Below, in pieces: positions 60,327 through 64,000 of a stretch of DNA of 64,000 nucleotides (the first letter of the stretch is position 1; each line of letters starts with the position of its first letter). The notes beneath the pieces were generated by a model. That model worked only from the letters and a program-made list of their open reading frames with translations, did not search any database and was not told the origin of the DNA. Both the position numbers and the translations under genes were made by a program. The stretch comes from the human T2T-CHM13v2.0 reference genome, Homo sapiens: assembly GCF_009914755.1 (NCBI RefSeq), contig NC_060934.1, one strand, 5' to 3'.

Positions 60327-60896
60327 CGTGCAGAAAACGATGAACATAGCAGGGTTGAAATTGCTATGCTTAGAAAGACCTTGTAAGGTTGGCCCTTGGT
60401 TGGCATTTTCAGACATGTCATTTTTAGTGTGTTCCTTGTAAACAGTTACACGAAAAAAAGCGGCTCACAATAATTAGTTATGTTGTTTAAAGAAAAGCAA
60501 TATGGTTTATGTTAAACACTTGCTTACCTTCTGGGAGCCTGGAATTTAGGTAAGTGGTAGGCAGTGGGTGGTAACATACAGGCCTAATAAAAACTTCGGG
60601 GAGTGAGTCTCTTAGGGGCTTCTCTGGGAAGAAATATAACACTCACTTGCTGCTTTTTTATAGCTAGGGGAAGAGTGTGCTCTGTGTTAACTGTCATAGC
60701 ATAAGGAAGCATTAAAGAGCATAAGGGAGTCTGCACGTGGATTCCGCTAGACTCCGTCTTTCCCTTGCAACCTAGGTACATATCCTTACTGGATCACTGT
60801 AATAAATCTTGGCCATGAGTACGTTACATGCTGAGTCTCTTGACTCACTTTGCGAATGTCCGAACGGGAAAGTGGTCCTGGGGAGAACGGCTACCA
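60327..60896 (+). mobile_element. MER68-like ERVL LTR
   Basis: gtgcagaaaa..aacatagcagg..tgctat.cttagaaag..aaggttggcccttgg.tggca; ttctgggag.ctggaattt; gtaataaatctt.gccatgagtac. Confidence 0.8.
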
Positions 60897-61094
60897 AGAA
60901 TTACATACTTATTGATGTTTCTGTCAAAATAATGGCCAAATAATGAAGTTAACAAACAAACAAAAACACATGATCGATAAGAGAACAAAATTAAATAAAT
61001 ACTAAGGAGTATTTTTCTGGAAGAAACAAAATGATCTTGCGTAATTTCTTCAGCAGAAAAAAAAATTAAAAGCAATTGAAACAGCGAATTTGCC

Positions 61095-61353
61095 AATTAC
61101 AAAGAGCCACGCTTCAGCCAATCACAGGCAGCCAAGTGATCACATCATACCCCGAAAGGGCAAACACCTAGCTGTGGCCAATTGAGTTATTTTGGTACTT
61201 TGCTTCTGTGTTTGTCCTATAAAAGCTCACTGCTTATGCTGCTGGGTGGAACTCTCTCAAAATTTCTTGGTTCTGAGTATTGTCTAATTCATGAAACCTT
61301 ATTTGATAAAATAAACTCTGCTAAATTTAATTTGTCTGAAGTTTATTTTTAAC
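61095..61353 (+). mobile_element. MER57-family LTR, 3' part
   Basis: ttcagccaatcacaggcagccaa, cctataaaagctcactgc, aaataaactctgctaaatttaatttgtct..tttaaCA; homologous to the 46850-47218 LTR. Confidence 0.7.
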
Positions 61354-62260
61354 AGTCTCAATACATAAATTCACTCTATAAAATAATAATAGTGGATATA
61401 CACAAACATTGGCTGCATACAATCACAGTATACGCAGGGGAATATGTGTATAAGTACATAAAAATTGTAGCAGGATTATACATAAATATACCATGATATC
61501 TACAATATTTAATTTAGGAGAATAGAAAAGGAGTTAAGACATTCTGCAATCATTGAATTTCCTGGTAAATGATAAAGGCATATGAAAATATGTTGAAATC
61601 GAAGTATAATTTAAGGCAAAAAATTATTAGATATAGATACACTTAATATTCATAAAATATTAATCCAGCAGGAAAATGTAACCTTTTTATATGAATGCGT
61701 ACATAATGGAGTCTCAATATATAAAGCAGGAAATTGACAGGATTCAAAGACATAAAAATCATGATGAAAAATAACATCTCTCCTAGTAACTGATGCAACA
61801 AGTAAGCATATAATCAGTAAGTGTAGAGAAGTTTTGAATTAAAAATTAACAAACATGCTCTAATTGTCATTATTATATAGAACATCTCATTTAATACCTT
61901 CAGAGAATTTCTTATTTTCTGGGGAATCTACTACATTTTACAAACTGATTATATTCTGGGCCATAATGCATGTCTCAAAAATTTTAAGTGATGGAAATCA
62001 AGCTATGTTCTCTGACCAGCATAGAATTAAGAAAAAAAGTTAACATAAACAATTCTAAAACAAACCAAAACAGAAAAATCTCATGTGTTTTTCAGATTAA
62101 CCAATTTGATTCTGAATAACCTGAGGATAATGGAAAAAAAGATTTGAATAAAATTATATTCAATTTTGAGCTAATGATAATGAAACTATTGACAAAATTA
62201 TAAACTATATAGACATCCGTGATTTGAGAGAAACTTATCATTTAAATGCAAATATATTTT

Positions 62261-62629
<369 letters not shown>

Positions 62630-62784
62630 TTATTCAACAACAGCACATTAAAATAAACTAATTGAAATGATGAAATAATAAAGATAAGTTAGAAATGAAT
62701 ATAGTAGGATCAAAGGTCAAAAATCAGTGTCATAAATTGATTTTTTGAAAAAAGCTAGGGAAATTGATAACCCCCTGGTAGGAC

Positions 62785-63202
62785 TGTATTAGGCCATTCT
62801 TGCATTGCTATAAAGAAATACCTGAGACTGGGCAATTTGTAAAGAAAAGAGGTTTAATTGGCTCATGGTTCTGCAAGTTGTACAGGAAGCATGATGCTGG
62901 CATCTGCTCCACCTCTGGGGAATTTACAATCATGGTGGAAGGTGAAGTGGGAGCCAGCACTTCACATGGCCAGAGTAGGAGGAAAAGAGGAGGTGGTGGA
63001 GGTGCTATACATTTTTAAACAATCAGATCGCACAATAACTCACCCACTATCACGAGAACAGCACCAAGGAGATGGTGATAAACCATTCATGAAGTATTCA
63101 CCTCCATGATCCAATCACCACCTCCCACCAGGCTCCACCTCCAAAAATGGGGAATACAATTCGACATGAGATTACAATTTGACACAAATCCAAACCGTAT
63201 CA
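62785..63202 (-). mobile_element. MSTA solo LTR
   Basis: tgtattaggccattcttgcattgctataaagaaatacctgagactggg..gagaacagcaccaag..ccaaaccgtatca; TSD aggac/aagac. Confidence 0.92.
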
Positions 63203-63399
63203 AAGACCAATAAAGAAAAAAAAAATCATGTAGCAGAAACAACCAATCTCTGGAATAGGAAAGAACATTATAGTTTCTATAAACATCAAAATGATAATTA
63301 AAAGGATAATGAAAATTTCTTGTGAATACATTTGAAAATCAGATGAAATAATTTTGTGCACAACAATAGTATTTAAAATCTAGTATTTAAAATCTAATA

Positions 63400-64000
63400 A
63401 CTGGTTCTGATACCTGGTGGTGAGTTGCTGCCATAACAAATTCCTATAATATGTGTCACTGTTCTTGGTACCACATGACAGTCAGAAGATGGAATAGCTT
63501 TGTGGAGGCATCTGGAGGAAGTCTAGTGAGCCTGAACAAAGATGGCCATGAGAACACAGTGCAAAAACAATGTTATTGGAGGGTGGACAAAAGGATTCCC
63601 TTCCAGCGTAGTCTTGGAAAGATTATCACAACTGTTACAGGCAGTTGCATAAAAAACAGAGACTGTGACTAAATGAATGGATGGATCTGGCTAAGGAGAA
63701 TTCCAGGGAGAATGTGTCAACTTATTTTATTAAGGTTACAAGGACCATAAGGTCTGAATAGAAGAAAATCAAGTAATTAATTATTTTTTAAGTAGAATGC
63801 AGAGGAAATATAAAGGTGCCAGAAATTTGTGTTTTTAACAACAAAACTATTCTCCATGTCCTGTTGTTCCAGATGGCAAATGACTCATGCAAACATAAAT
63901 TTGAAGGTATTACAAGCGAAATATGGTCTTAGGGTAAAAATGAGGCTTTTGCTAAGACCTTAGAGAGATCCAAGATGTACCTAATGGAATCCTGAAAACA
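63400..64000 (+). mobile_element. Probable old MaLR (MLT1) internal region, runs off window
   Basis: gatacc..gttgctgccataaca; ttattggag..tgga.aaaagga.tccc; ggatctggctaaggaga.ttcca resemble MaLR-int. Confidence 0.5.

Overview
Primate (human-like) AT-rich, CpG-depleted non-coding DNA, either intergenic or deep intronic. It is dominated by interspersed repeats: 12 Alu copies or fragments, two 5'-truncated L1PA elements, many old L1M/L2/MIR relics, a full-length MSTA MaLR provirus with TSDs, many ERV1/ERVL/MaLR solo LTRs and Tigger/hAT DNA transposon fossils. I find no supportable protein-coding gene, RNA gene or CRISPR array; the recognisable ORFs are TE-derived and the rest look like chance or low-complexity frames. 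The most unusual structure is at 50540-51295: a 79-bp copy of sequence from 2.78 kb upstream, a 14-bp fold-back palindrome, then 24 perfect copies of a 26-bp hairpin-forming unit. This looks like a DNA-repair scar that seeded a minisatellite. Other rearrangement scars are a probable L1-mediated deletion and a second local templated duplication. Repeat family names come from remembered consensus sequences, not a database search, so subfamily calls and the boundaries of old elements are approximate. I see no evidence of a new gene system.
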